The position numbers were made by a program, and so were the translations under genes. Source: Takakia lepidozioides (lineage: Eukaryota > Plantae > Bryophyta). Taken from it: a DNA stretch of 64,000 nt. Every line of letters begins with the position of its first letter. Position 1 is the stretch's first letter. Where the stretch lies: contig CM060732.1 of NCBI GenBank assembly GCA_030704615.1, positions 79,050,001 to 79,114,000 of the forward strand. Direction: 5' to 3'. Under the pieces are notes generated by a model. The model was not told where the DNA came from. It saw only the letters and a program-made list of their open reading frames with translations, and ran no database searches. Shown here in pieces: positions 41,199 through 52,449 of the stretch.

Positions 41199-41464
41199 GG
41201 ATAGTGGCAGTGGATATGACTAGTGGCAGCTCACAAGACATGGGAGGCCAAGCTCATAGGAGTCAATACCCAAGATCTCAGGCTCAAGTTCACAGGTTGC
41301 AAGACGGCGACTAACGATGGGGCAACTCTTGTACCCGGCCTCTTGATCTATTGAGTTTGAGTGTAGTAGAGACAGTGGTGGAGGACCTAGTGAGGTTATG
41401 GCCACTATCACATCTTGTGGCTACCTGGACTTAGAAGGACCTAAACGCCAACTAGGGGGGCGAT

Positions 41465-42224
41465 TGTGATGGACTAGTGGTAGCCTAGTGATGGACTAGT
41501 GGCAGACTAATGGTGGCTAGAGGCAGCCTAGTGGTGGCTAGTGGCAGCCTAGTGGTTGCACTAGTGGTGGCTAGTGGCAGCCTAGTGGTGGACTAGTGGC
41601 TGCACTAGTGGTGACTAGTGGTTGTCTAGTGGCAGCCTAGTGGTGCACTAGTGGTGGACTAGTGATAGACTAGTGTTTGGTGTGCACTGTTGTGTAGCGA
41701 TATGTATGCGCACGACAGCTGTCAAGTTATTTTACCACTGGTGTGAAGTTAGCTAGGAAATAGCTAGCTTTTATATATTGCACATTTGGGATTGACCCAA
41801 GTGTCAATCCAGGGACCAATACATGTTTGGGCACCTGACGTTGTTATCTTCACGGCAGATCGCGGTGGGCTCATCTTTCTCGAGTTGAGCCTCACTGCGT
41901 CTAGCTATGGCGCCGTAGTATGGATTCCCCATGGCGTGGGGTGCACTTGGCTCGACTTCATATATGAGTGATGTTTTCATGTGCAAGTGTGTGAGTTTGA
42001 GAGAGCTTGTATGCTTGTATCATTTCCTTTCTTTATCATTGTGATGGACTAGTGGCTGCACTAGTGGTGGCTAGTGGCTGCACTAGTGGTGACTAGTGGT
42101 TGTCTAGTGGCAGCCTAGTGGTGCACTAGTGATTGTCTAGTGATAAACTAGTGTTTGGTGTGCACATATGTTGTGTGGTTTTGGACAGCGATATAGTTGT
42201 GTAACGATATGTATGCGCACGACA
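41465..42224 (+). repeat. 3' terminal repeat complex A(41465-41717)-GC-B(41720-42038)-T-A'(42040-42224)
   Basis: A and A' both run TGTGATGGACTAGTGG...ATGTATGCGCACGACA. B runs TGTCAAG...CTTTATCA and has a TATA-like element at ~41772. Confidence 0.88.
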
Positions 42225-43939
42225 TCCTCCTTAAAGACAAGACCACGCATCACTATCAAAAACATGTAAGTCCATGTTCTAATTTCTCTAAATAAAACCT
42301 GCATTAAATACACCTCCCTTGATAAAGCTTCTACTAAATTTTCTTAATTATTTATACCAAATAATAAGATTATTATTTTTAAAATACGTTATATATTTTT
42401 CAGTGTAATAATATTCAATTTATAGTTTAATTCGATTTTATCTTTTCATTCTCTCTTATGTTGGGTACCTTCAACATTTTTCTATTGAAACATGTTTTGT
42501 TGAGGTTTTGGGGGAGTCGATCCCAAGATCGGTGTCCAAGTTACTCAACATGGGTTGATGTTTTGGGAAGTCCATCCCAAGACCGATGTCCTTGCTCATG
42601 ACAACAAGCATTTGTGTCTTTTCTGAATCGACTGCATGTTCGAAACCACTTGTAGTGCACCTAAGCATCGAGCTACAACATACATCGCTGTCCAACCACA
42701 CTTCCTAGCATATAGTCCTAGAAAGCCATGCCACGGAGCTCTAAGAGGTGCACTATTGCCATAGAAGAAAGCAAGTGATACGGAAATGGTAAAAAGAGGA
42801 GAAACCATTCTATCACGTTATATAAGTCAAGCCAATGGCACTTTTGCTAAATAACTCCACCATACAGACCTCACCCACTCTCCATCTCAAGTACTAGAGC
42901 TATGGCGGCGAGAGAGGCCTCGGGAGGCTCGACTAGAAGAAGACGAGCCTGCCTACGCCTCACGGGAGATAACCTCTCCACGTCCCAAGTGAGGTTCGCC
43001 ACCTCACTTGGCACATGGAACCAAATGAAGTCCCAATGCCAACAAAATACAAATATAAATATATAATGTCCTAATTAGTTAGAAATAACTATTCTAACTA
43101 ATCACAAACAAAACCATGACACACTGAAGGGAACAACATGGAGTCGTTTGTTACTACTGCACAGTCGTAACGGTCAATTTCGGCCCACGGGGGCATTTCT
43201 ACTGGCAGATCGAAGTTGCGTCAATGGCTCCGCAGTCGGCGCAATATTTGCGGCGATTTAATTGAATTACATAAATTGAAAAAATAGAAAAAACGGCAAT
43301 TCCAAGTGGTTTTAAGCACTAGAGAACTACTCTTATACAACTAGGCATTCATTGCATACCCTATTCAAAAATGGAAATTTTGTAAGTGCTCCACATGGCT
43401 CATGACGTGGAATATCTTAATGTATTTTATGGCTTGTGTGACTCATAGAGATTGTTCTAATCGTCGGATGTAAAACGATCTAAGGGTTAAAGACTAACTA
43501 TGTCCTTCGCCTGAATTCGTCTAAGTGTTGGGAGAGGGATGGAGGTGTTGGAGAGAGATTAGCAAGCGATGCGGGAAGGACGAAGACCAAATCGCGGCCA
43601 ATGTCTGTTGTTGTTGCAAGCGTTTATGGCGTCAGGGGCGCATTATGTGCAAATGTGGGCTCTTGGCTCCCCTCGGTACCATGATTTGGTATTCTTCCTT
43701 ATGATTACAAGGTTCTTGGGAGAATCAGCTTGGTCTTAGCAGCCCAATTTCAATCTCTGCCTGCTCAGCTGCACCGTGGTGGTTCTCACGGACCAATCCC
43801 ACATTACCTGACTACAGACACAAGCAGCACACACAAGAGGTCTTCTTGGGTTCATGGTCAGTCTAATCCTCCATGGGTCATGACACAAGGTAGAGGACAA
43901 TGTGGTGAGGGCACCTTCTTCTTCGACCTATTTCAGCCT

Positions 43940-44387
43940 GTTTTGTCGAGATGTGGTGTCGTGGAGTGCGATGCTTGTAGGGTATGCACAGCATGGACGA
44001 GGGATGAAGGCTTTGGAGACCTATGAAGTTGCGAAATGAGAGTTTGACACATGGCTGAACGAGATGTTGTCTCATGGAACACGCCGATCGCAGGATATGG
44101 CCAGCATGTGTGCGAGATGAGGGCATTAGAGACATATGAACAAATGTTGCGGGAAGGGGTGCAGCCTGACCGGGTCACGTTCATTTGTGTTTGCAATGCA
44201 TGTGCAAACCTGGCAGCCCTGGAAACCTGGTAAAGGGCGAAGAGGTCCATCGTCAAAGCTGGAACTGTACCAGATGTAGCAATACCTCGTCGACATGTAT
44301 GCCAAACGTGGGAGCATTCCCTTGTGGACAGGGAGTGTTCAACAATATGGCTCAGCGAAATGTGGTGTCGTGGAACGTGATGATCGC
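43940..44387 (+). pseudogene. PPR array fragment (5' half, split by inversion)
   Basis: MAERDVVSWNTPIAGYGQH...GVQPDRVTFICVCNAC. Ends at GATGATCGC. Confidence 0.85.
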
Positions 44388-44592
44388 CTGACCACCTCGT
44401 CCTCTCTGGGCTGCTCCACCTCGCCCCCGGCCACCATTGTTCCCTTGGAACTGGCCTGGGCGCAACTCAGGGTGCAAACCATAGCACTGGGCCTCTCCAT
44501 GCCCGTACCTGCCACAATGCCCACACTGCACCTGTGCAGGCTGTGCCGGTGCCAAACCATTGCCTCCCTCTAGGCAATCCTTCTTGACATGG

Positions 44593-46023
44593 GGCTTGGG
44601 CCTCACAGAGGCGGATATGGAGCCGTGCCTTTTCCAGATACAGACATCTCTGGGAGGATCAGAGCAGGCTCGGGGCATGACACGGCGTGAGTTGGCTATC
44701 AGACTACAGCTGGATCATCCTACAGATGACTCAGTGCTGAGAGCCAAGGCCATTGTGACAGACGTGGTCTCGTACGATGTCCTTGTTGGTGGGGCAGTAT
44801 TGTACCCCAAAGGCTTCACCCTGGATTTTTGGGAGGAGTCAGCTTCCTATAGGCCTGGATGGCAGTCAGGGGAGGGCTGGCGTGTGCAGCTCCCTGTGAC
44901 GTTCATAGGAGGAGTTGCGGTTGCCCAGCGAGGCAAGATGCCAACACTGGCAGCATTCACAGCTGCAATGACTTGGCCTGGAGAGTTGTTGGATGGCAAC
45001 ACTCATTCAAAGGATGTGTCACCTCCGGGAGAGCAGGATGACATGTATGGTATGGCGGAGTTGCCTGCCATGGTTGCTCACACTCCATTGTGGGGCTCGA
45101 GCAAGGATTTGCAACGGGTTGCTGATTGTCGTGTGCAACAAGCCTGGGTAGAGGCTTTTGTACCGTCAAGAGAGGAGGACAGTGCGGGGATTGCACCAGG
45201 TCCACCTTAGTTGTCACCATTGGATACCACACCGATCATGTGGCAGTGTCCGGATGAAGGCATTTGCTTTCTGGACTTGTTTGGCGGGATCAGCACCGGA
45301 TTGGCTGCTGTTCTACAGGCAGGTGTACGAGTACGATGATACTTATATGTGGAGAGGGATGAGACTGCACGACGCATCTCCCTACGCCATGTTGCTCAGT
45401 TGGTGCAACAGTACCCTGAGTTGTTGCCGGTGTCTGCAATTCGTGGATATTAGCAGGCCTTGCCAGCAGACATTTCGTTGCTGGGGGCGCAGGATTTGGA
45501 GCGGGTTGGCTCCATTGATCTGGTAGTGGCAGGTTGGCCCTGCCAAGGGCATTCATCAGCCGGGCATGGCAATGGATTGCAAGACTCGAGGTCAGGTTTG
45601 TTTTGGGAGATGGTGCGGGTTTTGCGCCACTTACAGCTTCATCAAGTTGTATCTCCAGCATATATCTTGGAGAATGTGCCACTGATGGGCGATTCTCGGG
45701 CCAAGGTGATGGCCAGTATACATCAAGTCCGGTCGTGACTTGGGTCAGCAGTGCTGCTGGATGCAGCTGCAGTGGGGTCACGGGCTCATCGTCCACGGTT
45801 ATGGTGGTTTAACTTGATGCCACCCGCACAGCTTAAGCGTGCATTTGATGGGGTGCAACGGCCAGCACACCTCACAGTGAATAGCATTTTGGACACAGGG
45901 AGGCAGTCTCAGCATGTGAGACACGATGACCATTCGCCTTTGGCAGTGGTCAACAAGGTGGGTCGACCACGAGCAGCACTACCTACACTGCTCAGTTTCC
46001 CAGGATCGCATGCTTTCCGGGAT
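44593..46023 (+). pseudogene. Protease C-terminal half fused in frame to a C5 cytosine DNA methyltransferase (motifs I-VIII)
   Basis: One frame with four in-frame stops. SYDVLVGGAVL (protease flap/end), then LDLFGGIS (motif I), YVERDE (II), DLVVAGWPCQGHS (IV, catalytic PC), SGLF (V), ILENV (VI), AHRPRLWW (VIII). Confidence 0.88.
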
Positions 46024-47997
46024 AGCAAAACAACAACTCCCCCACACAAAAAACAACTCCACAGTGTCGCTCCTGCAACCCAGCCCAAACCCGGACTGAC
46101 TCTTGCCTCCACCTACAGAAAGGTCTCGGCCTACAGAGAAGGTGGAAAGCTACGAGGAAGAGAAGCTAAAGCAATGCCTATCCCAAGCACGCTCTCATCC
46201 CAACACCCTCTTTTTTTTCCTCTCTTTTCTCACTTGCATGACCATGAGAGCATCCTGTAGACACTCCTCAAACCGCCCTCCACGAGCTCATGAAACTTGG
46301 CCTCCAAGGCCCCATGCAAGCCTCCACAGGGTCCGCCAGTGCCTCCTTACGTCCACCAGCCATTCCTCCGAATGGAACCACCTCAGGAAACCACACCGTT
46401 CACTGAAGGTTCAAAAATGGAGCAAATAGAGGTACATATAGGCCCCAACAACATTCTGTCCAAAGGAATTACCTACAGGCTGGTCTTCCCCATAGTTAAG
46501 AATTGGGCTGAAAACCCGAAAAGATTACCTCCAGGGAAGTAATCCCCTTTGTTAAAATGCAACAGGGAGGCAATTCCGACTTTTCTACCAGATCAGCTAG
46601 CTCAAAACCGTTGTTCTTCAGAGCCCAGCCTCCCCATCAAGGTCCCACGAAACGAGTGAAAGAAAAAGGTTTATTTATTTATTTTATTTTTTTCACTCTA
46701 ACTGTTCGCGGCCTTCCGTGGCTCCAACCGCCACGACTCCTCACGGCCCGCCCTAGGCACTCATTGGCCACGGGCTCCCAGTGATACCCCGTGGTACCAC
46801 TCCCACGAGCCTTCACGGCCCGCCATCCCCACGATCTGGTCACCGTGCCCATCCGTTGGATTCGGGCCACGACTTCCAACGGTCACGGTCAACGGTCACG
46901 GTCAACCATAACGACCTGGGCTCGTGATATCTCGTAATACCGCCCCAACGGCCCATCACGACCACTATTCCCTGCGATCCCTGGAACTCCCAACGAGTTC
47001 CCATGCGTTCTCGAGGCGTTCCCGACGTTCCCACGTGTTCCCGAGCTGGGGTTTGCTCCAGCTCGGGAAGAGCTATGGCTTCTGCGGAGCCATCAGCCCC
47101 GTTGCCCTGCACTCCTGAGCTCTCACGGCCCACTAGAAGTGCCTCCAACTCAACAAACATTATATATGCTGCCCAACAAGTTCCATTTTCTTCATGAAGC
47201 TCACAAAAAACAAATCTGAAAATACACACCTTTACAAACTTGGTGCACTTGCACTTCTCATGCATCTCCCTTGGCTCTAGGGCGCCTCGTTGCTGCCCTT
47301 CCAGCCCCACTCTTGCCACTCCAAGAGCCCTTACACTGCTGAGTTTCAGATTGAAACTCCAACTCAGCACATGTTTCACAAGTGCACTAATTTGCACACA
47401 AGAGGGACCAGCCCCCTCTTTTCACTCATACCTCTTCATGAGCTTGGAGCTGAAGCTCCCAATGGGCTGCGATGCATCCCCTCGCAGCTCCACCATTCGG
47501 CTGCTCTTGATCTACCCGCAACAACTAGTTTCGGGCAGAAATACTTGGAGCTGATCATATCATCTCCAATCTGCAACATGCTAGCTTCCCATGCGCAGCC
47601 CACATTCCTGCAGCTCCTTAACTCGGCCTGCAACTGAAACATGCTAGCTTCCCATGCACAACCCACATTCCTACAGCTCCTTAACTCAGCCTGCAACTGA
47701 AGAAGACGACCACCAGTTCGCCCACTCGTGGCCAGCATCTCCTCCGCTTCACACTAGAAGCCCAAACTTGGTTGCCATAGCGTTGAGCTATGCAACGCCG
47801 CTCTTCAACATGGACTACCCGCCTCTCTATCCCATGGCAAACCTGCAACCTGTTCGCCTTTGCACTCTATCCGCTTTGGATAGGCTCATGCACGGCTCCC
47901 TGCATTTTAGGCTGAACCGCTTCTCATGATCTGAAAACACAAGTGCTACAACTAACTCGAACTTGACACTCACAGACTCGAGCTCATCTTTCTCGAG

Positions 47998-48315
47998 TGA
48001 TAAAGAAAGGAAATGATACAAGCATACAAGCTCTCTCAAACTCAAACACTTGCACATGAAAACATCACTCATATATTAAGTCGAGCCAAGTGCACCCCAC
48101 GCCATGGGGAATCCACACTACGGCGCCATAGCTAGACGCGGTGAGGCTGAACTCGAGAAAGATGAGCCCACCGCGATCTGCCGTGAAGATAACAACGCCA
48201 GGTGCCCAAACATGTATTGGCCCCTGGATTGACACTTGGGTCAATCCCAAATGTCAATATATAAAAGCTAGCTATTTCCTAGCTAACTTCACACCAGTGG
48301 TAAAATAACTTGACA
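47998..48315 (-). repeat. 5' terminal repeat (block B only) of element 2
   Basis: Near-identical reverse complement of 41720-42038. No A block beside it. Confidence 0.9.
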
Positions 48316-48556
48316 AGGAGCCAACAAAAATTTATAGAATTGCTGATGAATAAACTCCATCATTAGTAGCAGTGTCAAGTCACAGTGCAGCTAAGTCCCA
48401 TAAATTTGTTGGCTCTCTTATGCAAGAAAAAGAATATGCATTGGCATGTTGAAGTCAACGAAAAAAATGTGGTCAGGCTCCAATTGGTGTGTTGTGCTCA
48501 GTCATGCCCCTTACTCTCACCTCCTTATGCATGAGAGCCCATTGCCGTTTGACTGA

Positions 48557-49021
48557 GGGCCGTACTATACTAGCAGCAAGAGGGGCAGCAGCACTGAATT
48601 TCGGGCCCTCCTATTGGTTTAAGAGAGGGTAGTGTGCCGCTCTGCCTACCACACTAGCGGCCCAGCGAAGAGGCTCCGACTTGGTGCCTACATGTCACAT
48701 TACCGTGCAATACCGATTTCCAGGCAAGGTCCCTTGGAAATCCACAATTTTAGGAAGACATTTTGTCGTGACGCGATTCCTCCGCCATCGCGAAGCTGGT
48801 CTCTCCTACCCCCTTCGTGCCCTACCTCTTTGTGTCTTCTTGGTTTTAGGATTGGTTATTTTTAGAATGAAAAGGTAAGGTAGTTGCAATTTTTTTTGCC
48901 GCTCGGCTTCTGCTATTGTGTATTAGCCGACTCGTTGCCACTTGGTGACATGGGCCTATATCCAACAATCCCTAGCCTGCTATGTCCATGCCGTTGGTGT
49001 GCCGCTAGTGTGGTATGGCCC
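48557..49021. mobile_element. Tourist-like (PIF/Harbinger) MITE
   Basis: TIRs GGGCCGTACTATACTAGC / GCTAGTGTGGTATGGCCC, 3-bp flanks tga/cga. Homologous to 52037-52449. Confidence 0.75.
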
Positions 49022-49554
49022 CGAGGCTTGTTTTTTCCCGCAGTTTCTATTTTTTAATTATATTTCATTATTATTTTTTGAGGAAAAGGGGAGGAATCCC
49101 TTTGGAGCTATATTTGCATTATTGAAGGGAAAAAAAAAACCCCTTGAGTGCCCATAGGCTGCCAGAAGGCTGATCTCACAGAGGACCCGTGTTGGATATC
49201 TCTGGAACAGTATTTTGGCATTTCAGGAAGGTTGTCGGTATCTCCCCAACTACAAGGCCTCCGCCCGTGGTTTTGATACCGTTGCAAAACCCTCGATGAG
49301 TAGAGGTGCATAAAGGCGGTTTTATAATTTTTGGACGTGCGGTATGGGAGATATTGAATTTCAAGTATTTTTATCATTAAAAAATCATAAAAATATCAAA
49401 TCGGGGTTTTCTGGAATACGAAATGACTGTAAAATTTGTGCTCAATGGCGGCGGCAGGCCACCATAACACTAGTATTTATCATTATTTATAGCAATGTTC
49501 CTAAATCATTTTGTCCATATGAGTTTCTCAATTTTCATGTATCAACTACCAACG

Positions 49555-49710
49555 TCTGAGTGCCACCTAGGTGATTCTGGGTTCAAATCCTTTTGTCTCC
49601 CCTTTCCTTGGGCGGTGTCCCCATGAGCCTTGGGCCCTCATGGCGAGGTTACTTTGAAAGAGGTTATTTTCTCCTCTCATTGTAATTGAGGCCTGATTTG
49701 TGATCGCCCC
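49555..49710 (+). mobile_element. Truncated SINE copy
   Basis: GGTTCAAATCC B-box and gaaagaggttatttt tail shared with 3421-3645. Confidence 0.55.
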
Positions 49711-50519
49711 TTAAACTACATATACCTCTGTATATACAGAACCATCGTATCGTCGGTATGAGGCGAGAAGTGTTTCGCCTTAAACTATATATATATATAT
49801 ATAGTACCATTCGTATCGTCGGTATGAGGCAAGAATTTCGACATGCGGGTACCCAACTTAAATGAGGCATGCCAATGCAACAAACAAACAACACAAACTT
49901 CTATTGAGGATAGAAAGTCTTTAATTTCTCTAAGTTAAAAGCCAAATTGCGTGGTCAACACGACAGTGGGGCCCGGGCCATAATCTATTATGTAAAAGCA
50001 TAAATAAGTAAATAAATCTCAAAAACTTTGCTGATAATAGACTATCTAATGTTAAATATAGAACGATTCCAGAATCTTTGATAGATTCAAAAAGAATATT
50101 CGATCAAATGAGGAAGCTCTATCACACCAAATGAGCAAGAAATCTAGGATGTCTGCATGAAGGCAAGGAAATGTCAGCATGGGTAGTTTCCAAGTTCAGT
50201 CTAATAATATGTCAAAAGCGTTGTACAAGATCCATCTCCATGGATCCTGACCTGTGTCACAGAGCTGCACCATCCTCTCAACGGGCGGCTTCCACTGAAT
50301 GCTACATTTGCTGCCTCAGATATTATTCATGCAGCCAGATTTGTCAAAAACCTTCCTCTGTGCAAATGCTCCAAGACGATCAACGTCTTTAGTTTTCCAG
50401 TCTCTCTCATAAAGATGGAGCTACTCTGAAATTTTCCAATGACTTTTGCTGCTAAATTAGACTAAGTTACAGTAGTGTACAAGTGTCTACAGTGGTCTAC
50501 AAGTGTATGAAAAATCAAT

Positions 50520-50720
50520 ATATGAAGCAAGCCAGTTTGTTTGTTTTGTCACGTTGAGATGTCCCAAACCGCAGCCCTGATGCTTGATGCCGTTGGAAAG
50601 CCCTCGACGAGGAGGGGTGCACCGGCTTGGTCTCATGATTTTTGGACCTGCGGTGTGGGAAATACGGAATTTCAAGCACTTTTGGTCACCGGAAATTCGA
50701 GAAAAATAGCAAAGTGGGCT
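50520..50720 (+). repeat. Dispersed repeat (second copy ~49235-49420)
   Basis: Shared tcccaa...aaa(g)ccctcga(c/t)gag...gg(t)gca...tttttggac..gcggt(g/a)tggga..ta..gaatttcaag. Confidence 0.6.
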
Positions 50721-50839
50721 TTCCTGGGACAATGATTGGAGCCCCGACGGGAGATATGTCAATAATGATTGGATATTACTACTCAATGAATTCATGGAAA
50801 AAAATAAAATCGGGCCTTGACATGAGAGACATAATTGGA

Positions 50840-51245
50840 TACATAGGAGATTGCACTTGGGCTTAGTTGACACTGGACACCTGGGCTTCTACATGGGAGA
50901 TGCACTTGGATACATGAATAGAAGATTGCACTTGGGCTTAGAAGGGCCTCAACATATGATACACACATGGGAGACGCCCTTGGATACATATGAGATTGCA
51001 CTTGGGCTTAGATGACACTGAGCACTTGGGCCTCTACATGGGAGATGCACTTGGAACATATAAGATTGCACGCTTAGATGGGTCTCAACATAGAAGACGC
51101 ACTTGAATACGTAGGAATTTGCACTTGATCTTAGATTTCAATTCTTCACAAATGGGCCAATGGCACAGGCTACCCTAGAGGTCGCACTTGGGCCTCCACA
51201 TATGAGACGTACTAAGATACATAAGGGCTTAAATGACACTGGACC
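50840..51245. repeat. Degenerate tandem repeat array
   Basis: Recurrent gattgcacttgggcttag / gggagatgcacttgga / gacactggacac motifs. Confidence 0.7.
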
Positions 51246-52036
51246 ATGGGGGGTCACTATATGTATTTTTTATATCACGTATGTACAAAGGTATATTTAT
51301 ACTAGGCTATATATTTAAAATTTTGCATTTTTATTCCATCCTATCTTTAGGTAGTATTGGAAAACCCTTTGTTTTCTAACACCCTATTTTTTATAATTTT
51401 CTTTTGCAACAATTAATTAGACCTTATTTTAAATTATTATTTTAAATAATTGCAAAATTTCAAAGCATGTACATAAACAAGTACATTCCATATAACATAA
51501 GTTAAATGCCAGACCCAAGAAAACTTTTAATTTTCATTAGCCATGAAAGCCGCAACATCACTTGGATATAAAGAGTACAAGTTTTGAGATGTTTCAAATG
51601 CCATAGTCACTGTTGAGATTATAGTATCAACATCAATCCGTGTATCACTGGAATCATATTTGAACTTTAGGTGACCCCTACCTGATTTCATCCTGATGGA
51701 TTAGAGGTGGATGAAATATGAGAAACTTCACAAGGATGGATACATTATATTGTAGATAAAACCCTTTATTACATTAACTTTTTAAGTAAAACTCTGGATT
51801 TTTTGTGACATTTAAAAAAAAAACTTGGGTGAAAGGATATTGCCTTACCATATTTTCTAAGTAATTTAAAAAATATATATCTCAAAAAAAAATTGCACCA
51901 TATATTTGTTCTCACGTGGTTTTGAAAATACGGGGGCTGACCCTCCCAAACACTGGACACTTAGATCAACGACACAACTATCATAGAGGTCGCATTTGGC
52001 CGGCCTCGACATACCTAGGTGGCGCACTTGGACTTA

Positions 52037-52449
52037 GGGCTGTATCACACTAGCGGCAAGAGGGGCAGCGGCACTCAATTTCGGACCCTCCTATTGGTTT
52101 AAGGGAGGGCAGTGTGCCGCTCACTAGCGGCTGCTGCAGGCGGAGAGGCGTTACATGTCACATTACCGTGAAATACGGATTTCCAGGTAGTGTCCCTTGG
52201 AAATCCACAATTTTAGGAAGACATTTTGTCGTGAAGCGATTCTCCCGCTATCGCAAAGATGGTCTCTCCAACCTTATCGTGCGATGGTCTCTCCTACTTC
52301 TCCTACCGATTTTTTTGTCGTTGGGCTTTTGTTATAGTGTGGTAGCCGATTCATTGCCACTTGGTGGCATGGACCTACGTCATCCAACAATCCCTAGCCT
52401 GCAACGTCCACATCAGTGCCGTTGGTGTACCGCTAGTGTTGTACAGCCC
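52037..52449. mobile_element. Tourist-like (PIF/Harbinger) MITE
   Basis: TIRs GGGCTGTATCACACTAGCGG / CCGCTAGTGTTGTACAGCCC, with TTA TSD at 52034-52036 and 52450-52452. Confidence 0.85.

Larger units (their letters stand above)
37951..48315. mobile_element. Ty3/gypsy element 2: gag-PR-C5 DNA methyltransferase-(RT/RH deleted)-INT-PHD, rearranged
   Basis: Gag knuckle CGHCGRYGHGEAQC (44388-44591, -) joins in frame to 37951. Protease LLDSGAQPL at ~38880. RNaseH tail HRPGLVNKDANGLSRNP. INT HEELGH...CMVC, LDFAGP, TDQGREF. PHD at 41060-41195. PPT at 41451-41460. Termini TGTC...GACA with 4-bp TSD TCCT (42225-42228; revcomp 48316-48319). The span includes unrelated flanking DNA (42225-44387) carried in by the inversion. 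Confidence 0.88.

Noticed and set aside
41465-42150. CRISPR-like array
   Set aside because: Short degenerate tandem units with no unique spacers, inside an LTR of a eukaryote.
42230-43700. Additional transposon
   Set aside because: AT-rich with short repeats, but I could not define TIRs, a TSD or coding remnants.
45211-46023. Host DRM/DNMT3 gene or bacterial restriction-modification contamination
   Set aside because: Intronless, in frame with a retroviral-type protease, stop-ridden, and its C-terminus is embedded in the gypsy pol.
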